Under the pieces are notes generated by a model. The model was given only the letters and a program-made list of their open reading frames with translations, did no database searches and was not told the origin of the DNA. This document shows positions 1 to 11,157 of a DNA stretch of 64,000 bases, piece by piece. Source of the DNA: Balanoglossus misakiensis (Eukaryota; Animalia; Hemichordata). A program made the translations under genes and the position numbers. The stretch covers positions 4,077,957 to 4,141,956 of the forward strand of contig CM082591.2 in the NCBI GenBank assembly GCA_040954595.2, written 5' to 3'. The number at the start of each line of letters is the position of its first letter. The first letter of the stretch is position 1.

Positions 1-123
1 GGGATGCCCCTTTTTGTAGATCTACAATTAAACATTGTTGTGATAGGAGAATAACTCACAAAGTTTTTGTTTTCTTGTGCTGTCAACTTAAGAAAGCTAA
101 ATATTCTGTGTTTTCTTGCGCAG

Positions 124-1292
124 ATGGTGAGTGTGGCCGGCGCGAGTTCGAGTGCGATAATGGACACTGTATCATCAGTCGTTTTCGCTGCGACGGAATA
201 CCGCACTGTTTGGATAATAGTGACGAAGAGAACTGCAGTAAGTTTGGGTCTTGTCACTTACCCTTCTACCCCCATGCACATAATTTGGAATCGACCATGC
301 AGTTGAAAATGATGAAAGTGAATCACACTTAGATGTGAGAGTAAAATAGGGTGCCATCATGATCTTGCAGAAGAAAGTACATAAAGACGTCACTTTTGTA
401 TACCAAACCTTCACAAATTTTGTGACACGTTTTTTTACGGGCATCATTTTTGTGTTTGCTTCTGCAGCTACGATAGTGCCCTCATTTTGTACCGGGAAAT
501 ACGATTTCCTTTGTAAAAGTTACGAATGCATAGCCAGCAGGCACCGATGTGATGGCTTTGCGCATTGTCGAGATGCATCGGATGAAGCTAACTGTAAGTA
601 GATGTAAAAAATAATGAAGTTGAAACAGTTGCTTCCAGTGTATCAGGCTGACTTTCATAAAATATGCATTACACAAACATTTATGATAGGATAACATGTC
701 TTCCTTCTGCTTGTTTACAGGTGATGATGACATTGCTGGCAATGACAATAGCAGTGAAGGCGTCGACAATTACATTTATATCAACTCGGATTACCAAACT
801 GTGACCTACACCATCATCTGCTCTCTGGTCATGTTAGTGGTCGTCATTGTCTGCGTCGTCGGGGCACTGCATCACTACAGACGGCGCTTGCGCTTCCGAT
901 ACCAACTGGCCATGGCGAACATACGTCGGCGCCAGCGGCCCCGGTCGAATATTTACGTGCCGCCGCCGATACTACCCTCGATCCGCACGCAGATCGACGG
1001 GCAGGCGGACCCCGACCAGACGCACGTGCTGATGCGCTACAGCATCAACAACGGCGTGCAGATCATTACGCTGGGGGAGGAACGCAACGCGGTGTCGCCG
1101 TGCTCCACGACGACCAGCCAGAGCTCGCCGCTGGTCAACGACGAAGCGCCCCCAACGTACTGGGACGTCGTGCACGGAGACAACTCCAGGAGGCACTCGT
1201 CGTCGTCAAGCCCCGAGGGCTCGCCGAAATCAGCTGATTCGCCACCGCCGCCCTATCCGGGTCTCCGACAGCAACAAATCGAAAATTCGTAA
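124..1292 (+). CDS. LDLRAD3: LDL receptor class A domain-containing protein 3-like, 3' part (5' exons lie outside the window)
   Basis: Exons 124-237, 468-593 and 721-1292 with phase-1 GT-AG introns. Two LDLa repeats (C..EFECDNGHCI...RCDG..HC.D.SDE.NC), a TM segment YQTVTYTIICSLVMLVVVIVCVVGALHH, a YSINNGVQ motif and PPTY/PPPPY motifs, matching the LDLRAD3 layout as I recall it. Confidence 0.85.
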
Positions 1293-3684
1293 CAATGGTG
1301 GCTTTTCGTGCGTCAAATAGACCTCGATAAAGAACCACCCTGGTCTGTGAGAGGTACACACAAGCAGACCCCTGACATTATTTTCAGCAAATTTTTCACA
1401 TCGTCTTTATAAAAATATTTAAGACCTACATCTGTATATATTTACATTATTCTAAACAGACTTTGTGTTTTTTTATAAGTTCAGCACACAAAGTGTGTGG
1501 TCAGTTTTAGTGTTGTTGTCAAGTCATTTATCTGACATGAAATGTTAAAAAATTGTCTAAATGTATTTTAAAGTCATCTAGACCATGATGAAATTTTTAC
1601 CAGTTTTTCATTACTTTGCCATATTTGATTGGTTCAGAATTTTTTCTCATATTGGTCATCAATGCTCCATTTCACGTATCCAGAAATGATTGTAGAATTG
1701 TAGATACATTGTCGCTACATAAAATCATGATAATAAATCAGCTATATTTTTCAATATATTGTGACTAAAACTTTAAATCTACAATTAGATTCAACTTCTA
1801 ATAGATTTTATGAATTTTATACCTACGGTATTGATTTTTTTTGACACAGTATCGACATACTTAATGTTTGAATGTTCCCCAGATTTTATCATCTTTAATC
1901 ATGTGCTTAGAGAAAATAACAAAATATGATTTACAATATGCCAGTATATAAGTTATGAGAAAGACCCACTTTTTGTATGTAAAGTTATTAATTATACATG
2001 TACAACTTGGTTCTATCAAACTCAAAATGCAACTCTAACAGATGGGTTGTGCAATGAAAGCTGCCATTTAAGAAAAAATATATTCAGCAAATCTTCAGAA
2101 TGTTGACCATGGTTTGGTCCAAATCCACTGGCTTCTAGGGCAAAGTTTGACCTCTCAGGAGGAAGGGGGGCATAAACTTGGACAATCATCAACACTAACC
2201 TCACAAATTATGGGACCCATATGAAGTACCAGTATATGTAAATCCTAATTTATGCAGGAATGTAACCCAAAGTAACAAGATTTGATATTGTGAACTTTGT
2301 ATCAGTTTTACTGTGTACATGTGTAGCTATTTTGTCTTCGCTACACTTGTGCTGTGTACATTGTATCAATTGCACAATGTAAGCTGCTTTTCGCTTTGCT
2401 ACATTTGTGCTGTGGTTGAAACATATTGTTTACAAGCAGAGAAGGGGCACAGGTGGAGTCTAGACATTTGGAGCCGTTCAATCTATTGAATTTAGCTTTG
2501 AGTTTAGGGTGTTTGACCTCCAAATATGGACTGGGTGTCAGTACCCAAGCTTGGGGGTTTGTCTGCTATATATGGAATGTTGGTCATGGAAAGTTCCAAG
2601 CTAAGCAAATATGGAATGTTTACAAATGCCACATTGGAAGATTTTTGATGACAAAATGAAAGACTCAAGTTTTTTAAAGACCAAACATATCTTCATAGCT
2701 TTCAAACAAATAAGTAAGTTCATTGGTGGAAAACATAAGTTACTTGTACTTAGAAAGAAATACATTTTGTGGCTGTTATCCATACAGCAATTTTAAACAC
2801 TGACAGGGTTGTTTACTTTATTTTATTTATCAAATGAAAGATGCAACTTTTGCCAACACTAAAAATAACATCACTGTCAACAGTCAACTCAAACCATCGG
2901 TCCAATATTGAACAAAAAAAGACTAGTCCAGTGTATTGAATGATAAAAAGGGAACTTACATAGTTATCATTTGGCTGCATTTTGAAGAGACATTTTATAA
3001 CTGAAATACCTCATTGTACCCACTAATTGATGCCAGTAGAACCACAACTGAAGGAACATTTCTCCAGTAGCACCCACCTACATTGTATGGAAATTGTATA
3101 CTGCTGAAAAGGGGCATTTTATATTGTTTGTCACATTTTATTTTGTAGTATTTATTTGTACAGGAGACTAGAAGAGTCTGCCACTCTATATATAATAATA
3201 AAACACCCTCTTTAAAACAAATTACGTTTGTCAATGAATGAATTACCTCAAGAAGAACAAATTTATGATCATTGTCCTGACATTTTGCAGTTAGGGTAAC
3301 CCTGCTTTGGAGGGATGTGTATTATTTTGTCAGTAGACGTTCACAAGAAAGTGATTGTGAAGAAGTAAAATTGTGACTAAATGTACTTACAACACAAGTG
3401 CATCTATATTTGATTATGTCAGTGCTCCCCTTTACCAAGGACTGTTCATTTTTTCAAAGTTGAAAAATTAGCAATAATTTATGTGGTTTATGTTACATGT
3501 TTTATCGCGTTCTGTCAACTACAGATACATATTAAGTAATTGTTTTGAGGCCAGAGATGTAACATTCACTAGATGTTTTAGAAATTTACAAATGATTTAA
3601 TAAAATTTAAAATCTTAAGTTCGTTTTGTGGTGTTATGTCATTGACTGTCTAGGTGTCGTGCCCCCTGGTGAAATGACACATGT

Positions 3685-5220
3685 CTAGGTGTCATGCCCC
3701 CTGGTGAAATGACACATGAAATCATATTTGTCTTTACACTGTTGTCCGCACACGCCACATTGAAAAGGATGGTGGTGACTGTGCCAGCCCATGTGAATGG
3801 TGTGCAGCACAGTATCCCCAAAGACGATGTCACAAAACTCGCATTGGAGGGAGTCCTTGTTCCGGAACTTGGATTTCCTGTTGGCGGGTTTCCTGGACGG
3901 GCTGCCGGATGCCAGGATGCTGGATGTCGACGGGCTCGGGATGGGCTGGTTGGAGGAGCTCAGGACGTGGGCGCCGGGACTGTGGGCGCTGTGATGGGAT
4001 AGCGAGAGGGGGCTGACTGGAGTCGCGGAGCGGCCGCTGAAGTTGTTCGAGTCTTGAAACGTTGCCGGACTATACTTGGATGCGCCCCGCCTTGAACAGA
4101 CCATGTTTGTGACGTCTTCAGGTTTCTCCACGTCCGCACCTTGGGAACTGTCTGAAGGCAAGATTTGCACAGTCTCGCTACTGACGTCACGCTGCGTGCT
4201 ACTTGTAATGTTTCCTACGTTAGATCCCCTCTCAGCATTATTACTCTGTTCGTCCTCTGAAAACGAATGACTCCTCGCACCTGTGTCTGTCGCTTCCTCC
4301 CCACTCCTGCCGTGGCTCCTACTGCTCTCTTCTCTAGTTCTGGTCAGACTCTCCCTGTGCGCTGTCCTGGACTGACTTGAAAATTTCAATTTCTGTTGAA
4401 TCGACGCGGGTGAAAAGCCAATACTCACTAGAGGTGAGCTGGAAACTGGCAACGTGTTTTGCTGGCTGCATGATGATAACTGACCCATCTCCATCTTCAT
4501 TTCCAGGTCAGAGGGACGTGCATCTGTTTCCGTGGAGACAGGGTGAGCCTGGGGCTCGGCCGCGCCCTCGTTGCGGGCTTCTATGTTCGAATTGTTGATC
4601 ACCTGCCACTGCTGCACGCTTTCCTGTTGAGACTGGCTCAACATCTGCATGGTTGGGTCCGCGTAGTCGGCGGAACCGTGTGGCAGGTTGTACGCAGGGG
4701 GAAACTGAAACGATTCCGCTTGGGCTGACATCGCGTTTATTGCCATTGGGGCACTGTTGTGCTGCAGGAGCTCGTCTTCCTGCTGCTGATGTTGCTGCTG
4801 TTGCTGCTCGTGTTGCAGTGGTGGTGTTATCTGCAGCTCCTCCGCCGGCGGACGCGGCGCTGCGTCTGAACTCGCACCCTCGCCCTGCTTATTGTCCACC
4901 ACTGGCACGGTGTGTCTGCTGGCAATATGCACGGTCAAGGAATCGAAAAACTTGAAGTACAAACCGCATGTGGGGCAGCGAAACTTCCGCAGCTTGTGGT
5001 TGTTGTTGCTGTGCCGCAGTTTGATGTGCGACGTCAGGTTGCCCCGAATGGTGCTGGCATAGCCGCAGAGATCGCAGCGGTAGGGTTTGACCCCCGTATG
5101 AATTCTCATGTGCTGCTGCAGATGCCCCTTTTGTTTGAACGCCTGCGGGCACACTGTGCATTTGTACGGCCGCGGCGCATTGTCCGTGGCTCTAATCATC
5201 CTTTTCTTAGAAGCCAGCAT
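3685..5220 (-). CDS. Ikaros-family C2H2 zinc-finger protein, Pegasus (IKZF5)-like
   Basis: Single long ORF with first ATG at 5220. Three N-terminal C2H2 fingers (TGVKPY linker), a Q/S-rich middle, and the C-terminal Ikaros/Hunchback dimerisation finger pair CEFCDIVFGDTVLHTIHMGWH...PFQCGVCGQQCKDKYDFMCHFTRGH. Likely 5' UTR exons end at 5738 and span 5433-5282. Confidence 0.85.
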   Translation of the reverse strand: MLASKKRMIRATDNAPRPYKCTVCPQAFKQKGHLQQHMRIHTGVKPYRCDLCGYASTIRGNLTSHIKLRHSNNNHKLRKFRCPTCGLYFKFFDSLTVHIASRHTVPVVDNKQGEGASSDAAPRPPAEELQITPPLQHEQQQQQHQQQEDELLQHNSAPMAINAMSAQAESFQFPPAYNLPHGSADYADPTMQMLSQSQQESVQQWQVINNSNIEARNEGAAEPQAHPVSTETDARPSDLEMKMEMGQLSSCSQQNTLPVSSSPLVSIGFSPASIQQKLKFSSQSRTAHRESLTRTREESSRSHGRSGEEATDTGARSHSFSEDEQSNNAERGSNVGNITSSTQRDVSSETVQILPSDSSQGADVEKPEDVTNMVCSRRGASKYSPATFQDSNNFSGRSATPVSPLSLSHHSAHSPGAHVLSSSNQPIPSPSTSSILASGSPSRKPANRKSKFRNKDSLQCEFCDIVFGDTVLHTIHMGWHSHHHPFQCGVCGQQCKDKYDFMCHFTRGHDT

Positions 5221-5739
5221 CTCGACAGTGATGAGAAACACACAGACGATCAGTTACAATTTTTTTTCCACAGTCACTTACATGTATTCCATGCTGGGGT
5301 CTTGACTGTAGGTCCTGCTATAGTTGATGTCAGTCACACTAACATTGGCTGCTTGATCCTACTGTTGGTACTCACTGCACTGGTCACAAACTCTTGTAAG
5401 CTATTCCACAGGTATACTGCACAGCAGAAAATCCTGAGATTGAGAAGATAGTGAGAAAGACAGAAATGTCAGATTGCAGATTGACATGAACTGGCAGTTG
5501 GAGGGTCGTTCATGTTAGCTGTGGTAACGCAGCTGTACTGTTGCCCCCCTCCCCCTCCACGGTACACCTGCGTTTACCACAGCTCCGAATTTATATGCCT
5601 ATTCAATTTAAAATAACGCCATCATATAATTGGAAACAGCCCAACCCATATAAATGTGCAGAGAAGAATCAATCGTGTTGTTCTTGAATAAAAAGCGTTA
5701 AAACACTACATTTAGCAATATAAACAAAGTAAGTTACCC

Positions 5740-6070
5740 CGGTTGTGTTGTGGGTGCCTTCCCTTCGCTTCCGTATCACGTTGTAGGAAAATCTCGTTTA
5801 GCACGAGATTAACGCGTGCAAATGGTAGAAATTAATTATAATCTTGATAAAGGCATTGTCGTTTCATTCCATTAGTACAAGGAATATGAAATATAAATTA
5901 TAGTTTTTAATTTGAATACAGTACACTTTGTGGAATGAAATGAAATGAATAAACTGATTCACCGTTCAGCCGAAGTCAGTGTGGGTCATAGGTCACTCGA
6001 TCCAATATGGCTGCGCCCGTGTGAAGTTTGGACAACGCAGAACGTCTTAATCAACAACTACGCGATCGTC
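5740..6070. promoter_or_regulatory. Probable bidirectional promoter shared by the IKZF5-like gene (-) and ITFG2 (+)
   Basis: Head-to-head genes: a minus-strand donor at 5737 and the ITFG2 ATG at 6071. ETS-like CTTCCG at ~5768 and YY1-like AATATGGC at ~6004. Confidence 0.5.
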
Positions 6071-9000
6071 ATGATGCGGCAGCGTGCCGTTTCTTTCGTC
6101 CAGCGACTGGAATTAGATATACCCGGTAACATATTTACACATGCTCTTATGTTAGGAGACGTCGATAATGACCAGGTAATGTTGCATTGGGAAATTAAGT
6201 AACCGGATCAAATTGTTGTTTGTATACACAACTTTAGCAGGCCACGCCCCCTTCGTCGCTAGGGCTCAGCTTTATACGAAATTATCCTAATCACGTGGGA
6301 ATTAGATTGTATATACACAGCGATCGCCTATGACACAGAAAAAGAGTAACAGAGGCAGACATGATGATGAGGATGATGATGATGATCTGACATTTTAACT
6401 ATTTTTTGCCAGCAAAATGAGTTCATTGTTGGTACAGTCAATGGATTACTGTGCATTTTCAAAGGAATGAGTACCGAACCATGGAAAGTGGCCAGTGGAC
6501 TTGGAATGGTGAGTTCAACATCTTGAACACCAGTTAATAAGGTCGGGCTAAAATATTGTATAATGTGAAATCATGGCTGCACCTATAAATGAACATCTAG
6601 GGAATACTTGATACAGACCTTCAGTGTGGCAGTATGCCATTCCTATTTCCTTTGTTGTGCATTGTTATGCAAAAGTCGCACCCAAAGATGATTTTATGTT
6701 GTTGTTTTTTGTCACAGATAACCTGTGTAGGCATTGGTGATGTTTGCAACAAGAACAAAGTGAGTTTTCTTTATCAGTTCATCAGCGCACCATAACATTA
6801 ACAGGATGAAAGTTAGCCTTCTGTGCTGAATAACCCATTTATAAGGGCATTCTTTTGACATTAAGTGTGAAATTTAAAAAAAAATGCACATATTGTTGAA
6901 ATGGTGTTGATTGTATCTTTGCTTCCCCCAGAACGTCTTGGTCTGTCTAACTGCAGAGGGATGGTGTCACATGTTCAGTGTGGCAGATACAACAGGATCG
7001 GCTGAGACCGACAAAAGCAAAAGCCCAGGCGATGCTGATAAAACCCGAATGCAGAGTGAGAAAGCTACAGCAGATAAAGAGAAACAGAAATCATCCAAGC
7101 AGGCCAAGGACACGAAAGAATCACCAGTGAGTCATACATACGCACTGAGGCAGGCAGTGTCAAAATTTTCACCCCTTTACCTTTTCTTGACACACCCAAA
7201 TCCCCCCCCCCCTCCCCAGAATTCAAACGATTCTCCCCTTATGAAAGTTCTGTTATAATTTCATTTCCAGGAACAAGAAGATGAGAGTCTCCTTCAACCC
7301 AACCACACACAGCACATACCTGCCAACACCAAAATGGTATTAATTTATGATATTGGTAAGCTGCCTGGCTATTCCTTCTTTCAATTGTAAAAATTTTGTG
7401 TGTGGTTCCAAGTTAGTAAAACACTTATTTCTGGGAGTTCCATTGTGGTTTTCAGTAACAGCATTCTTCTGTCTATAGATAATGATGGCAAGTGTGAGCT
7501 GATCGTTGGACATACGGACAGAATAGTTCGAGCGTACAGATGGGTGGAAAACACGCCTGCAGAAACCGTGAGTATCTTTCTAAGCCAAGTGACTGCAGTG
7601 CTGTGGTATGGCAGACTTTTGTGTTGAGACATGTAAAATGCTGCTCCCACTCATTCAGAATTGTATTTAAAATCGCGGCAAAAGTCAGAACCCTGTATTT
7701 CTGGGCCAGTCTAATACTGAAAAAAACCCAGAGGAAAAACAAATGTGATGAAAGATTGTATCCTATGCCACAGAGGACGCCCTACCCATAATTTCATCTT
7801 GCGGCATATGATTGGTATTATTTGATTTCTTTTTCTGTAGGACAGTTCAGGTTTCTCAGCAGGGCACCTTGAACACATACAACAGTGGTACTTGCCAGGC
7901 CAGGTAAAATACAGATTTTCCATTAAACCATTTCACCACTGACATCTTAAAAGTATCAAACTGTAGAAATTATGTACCTTATATACCCCTCTTATGGAGT
8001 CTAGTTTTGCAACAACTTGATTGATTTGATTGTAAAACCTGCTTACAATCTTATGTTTTATGTGTCTGTATTTTTGTTACTGTTAGGTTGGATCCTTGGC
8101 AATCAACATGAAAGCTGATGGATCACCCATGTTGGTGGTGTCGCAGCCTGGCTGTAACTACGTCGAACTGGTCTGTGTTTGGGCGACAGACAAACGCAGT
8201 GACACGTGAGTAGTTGCTAGCAGATGCAGTCAACATGACGTCATGAGGCTCAGATGGTGGAATCAGGGTGGTGGGCTGACGCCCCAGAATGGCTGTCGTG
8301 TTGTGTTGTGCCCTCCAGCTTTCGATTTCTCATTATTTCTCCCTATTAGAAATTAATGGAAACCTGATAGGACGTACAGAGACTGCATGCTGTGTGTACG
8401 CACTAGAGCTGACGGAGCTTGAATCAGTTGACAGGGTTCTGCTTTCTCAGCTCTACTGAGCTGTAACAAAACACTGCCATCTATTCGCAGAGACCAGTCG
8501 ACAGAGCAGCATGTTATTTACCATCCCATATCCACAACCAGGGCCAGAAATCCAGGCGTCTCAACAGAGCTTGTTGGACAAATTCAAAAAGGTTAGTACT
8601 TGTTGCAGAGCCAACCAAAACTTCCAATGTGTGCAGCTCAAACAATTTATTCTTCACTGCTTTTTGGCATTTGATGACATTATTTTTTCTTCTCTTGTAG
8701 TTGATGATACATCCGGTAAATCAGGTCTCTACGCACTTTGTACTTTAGATGGTGAGTGTTGGCCAGTTTGGGTTGTGGTTTACAACCCATACCAATTAAC
8801 CGGCAAATTGGATATCTTTCTCTTGTACTCTTGACTGCAAACAATTCACACAACAAAGTTAAAGAATCAGTTACTTCTCTGTCAATTTTGATAACATATA
8901 AATGTCGGAAAATTTGCTGTTTGTATCAAATCACCAGGCACACTGATGTTGGTTTCTGATGACAAGATAGTCTGGTCGCACTTGGTGGATCATCAGTTGT

Positions 9001-10232
9001 TTGCACTGGCCAAGGTAGACATCACAGTAAGTAGAGAAACTTGTACACTCTCACCCAAATCCATTTGACTGTGACATTGAAAGGGTTAACTGTGCAACAG
9101 ATGGACAAATTTCTGAAAAACATTCAACACTGTATCCATAATTGTTGTTTGTCCGTTTCCAGGGTGATGGCAGGGACGAGGTTGTGGCTTGTGCTTGGGA
9201 TGGACAGACGTACATTGTTGATCAGAAAAAGCAGACTGTACAATTTCACTTTGAACAGAACGTCTGTGCATTCTGTGCGGGTAAGTCAAATCAGCAATGT
9301 GATCTCCAATCTAATGAACTGCAGGAAGTGTTGTACGTGACAGACAAACCTAATAAGGAGATAATTAAAGTTTTGGAGTCGTCCAGTCTGCGCGTTGCAG
9401 TTATAGGTTAGTCAAAGTAAGCTAGAAGTGTAACTGCTACAATGTACATCATTTGAAACAATGTAGTTCGTTACTTTGTATTACACTGTAGTGTAACTGT
9501 TACAATGTACATCATTGCAAACCATGTGGTTGTTACTTTGTATTACACTGTAGCGTAACTGCTACAATGTACATCATTGCAAACAATGTGGTTGGTACTT
9601 TGTATTACACTGTACATTTTCTCCATTTTCTTATGTTCATTTCTTCCCGTTTTAGGTCATTATGGAGTAGATGGTCACAACAGCCCTTCCCTAGTCTATG
9701 CAACTTTTAATAACCAAATATATTTATACTGGAATGTTAAACTGACAAAGATTCCTTCAGCCTCACTCACAGATGTTGTGGCAGCAGATGATACAATACA
9801 ACAGCATTTACAAGATTTAAATATCGACAGTAAGTATATTACTGACATTTTCATACATATCCCCAACTTATGTGAGAAATCTTATCCTAGGTCCTTCATG
9901 ATGTGAGATTCTGTTAATCGAATTTTTTTCATACCAGTCTGAATAATAATACAAACATAATGGTACATGCAGTTATTCAAATTGAGTGTCAGTACTTGGG
10001 TGATTTATATCTGGATATGAAGTAGACGGTTAGGATAAGTTATGTTTGTTGTGTGTTTTGTATGCCTTTTGTTGCATTTGTCCAAATACTGATTGTTTTT
10101 GACTAACTTATATTAGTTTAATCTTTCCACATCTATCTCTGAGCTGGTTTCATTTGGTTAATTTCAGTGTCAAACCCAAGACAGTTGAGGCAACTCTACA
10201 GATGGTGTATCTACGGACAGCCAGTTCCCTAG
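6071..10232 (+). CDS. ITFG2: KICSTOR complex protein ITFG2 (integrin-alpha FG-GAP repeat-containing protein 2)
   Basis: 14 in-frame GT-AG exons: 6071-6175, 6413-6508, 6718-6759, 6932-7126, 7271-7355, 7479-7567, 7841-7903, 8087-8205, 8491-8591, 8701-8751, 8938-9026, 9163-9280, 9656-9829, 10168-10232. Peptides [11 protein letters not shown]...[33 protein letters not shown] and [14 protein letters not shown] match ITFG2. Confidence 0.93.
9427..9615 (+). repeat. ~62-bp tandem satellite (about 3 units), dispersed family
   Basis: Unit tgtaactgctacaatgtacatcattgcaaacaatgtggttgttactttgtattacactgtag; the same family occurs at six other loci in the window. Confidence 0.85.
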
Positions 10233-10700
10233 CAATAACAACAAACTGAAATTTCAAGAACAGACAAACTCATTGTACGGCACAAAGTTTAACAGATAAC
10301 TTCATTTTGAATTCAAGTGACTATTTGAATCACATGAAATTATGTACATATGTCAGGTATTTTTATGATTCTTTTCACTAGATTTCATTCAAATAATGTA
10401 TCGGACAGTATATTCTAGTGTCTTCTTATCACCTGTATTGGTTCTCCTAAGTCAGTGCCTAGCCTTTTGTTTTTGAATGTTATATTAGAAGAATAAATTC
10501 CATCAGACAACCACGACAAAGTCGATGTGTAATCTGATATCTATTGTTCAAATGAATACACTAATTTACAAAGCCAAAGATTGCAATGCACACACCCACT
10601 TAACCTTATCTCCACATCTTAAAACAGATGGTTCAATTTTATGAAAACGATGTAGTCTCAAAATAGTCATGGTATTTACCAATACTGTTCAATCATCCTC

Positions 10701-10818
10701 GGACTAATACCATTAATTGTGATTTGACAACAAAATGTGTAAACGTCGGATATAATGTTAATGCCCATACAGATGCAAAGTTAATGTGTTGTTAAATCAC
10801 AATTAATGGTATAAGTCC
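10701..10818. mobile_element. Short palindromic MITE-like element
   Basis: 32-bp inverted repeats ggactaataccattaattgtgatttgacaaca / tgttgttaaatcacaattaatggtataagtcc (2 mismatches). Confidence 0.6.
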
Positions 10819-10867
10819 TATATTAAAAATTACTTGAATACAGGTACTCTTAAATTGTATTGTACAT

Positions 10868-10953
10868 GTATTTAAAATGTTAATATAAAGAATACCAAAA
10901 TATTCTTATATTGGATTGTATTTAAAATGTTAATATAAAGAATACCAAAATAT
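10868..10953. repeat. Short direct duplication
   Basis: tgtatttaaaatgttaatataaagaataccaaaatat occurs twice, 49 bp apart. Confidence 0.75.
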
Positions 10954-11157
10954 ACCTCACATGCATGTCTATTTGACAGACGACATATTTCGTTCAAATC
11001 TAGAATTTTGAAGCACCAAAATTTTAGATTTTTACTTAGTATTTAAACAACTAGAATATGTGTTGTGGAGTTTTTAACTGTCCAGGACACAGTTAAATCA
11101 CAACAGAATCCCGACACACTCCCAAATGATTTGCAGCGGGCAGGTATCTTTCATGAA

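Noticed and set aside
6360-6392. C/D-box snoRNA-like ATGATGA...CTGA in ITFG2 intron 1
   Set aside because: Only ~30 nt and explained by a (GAT)n microsatellite.
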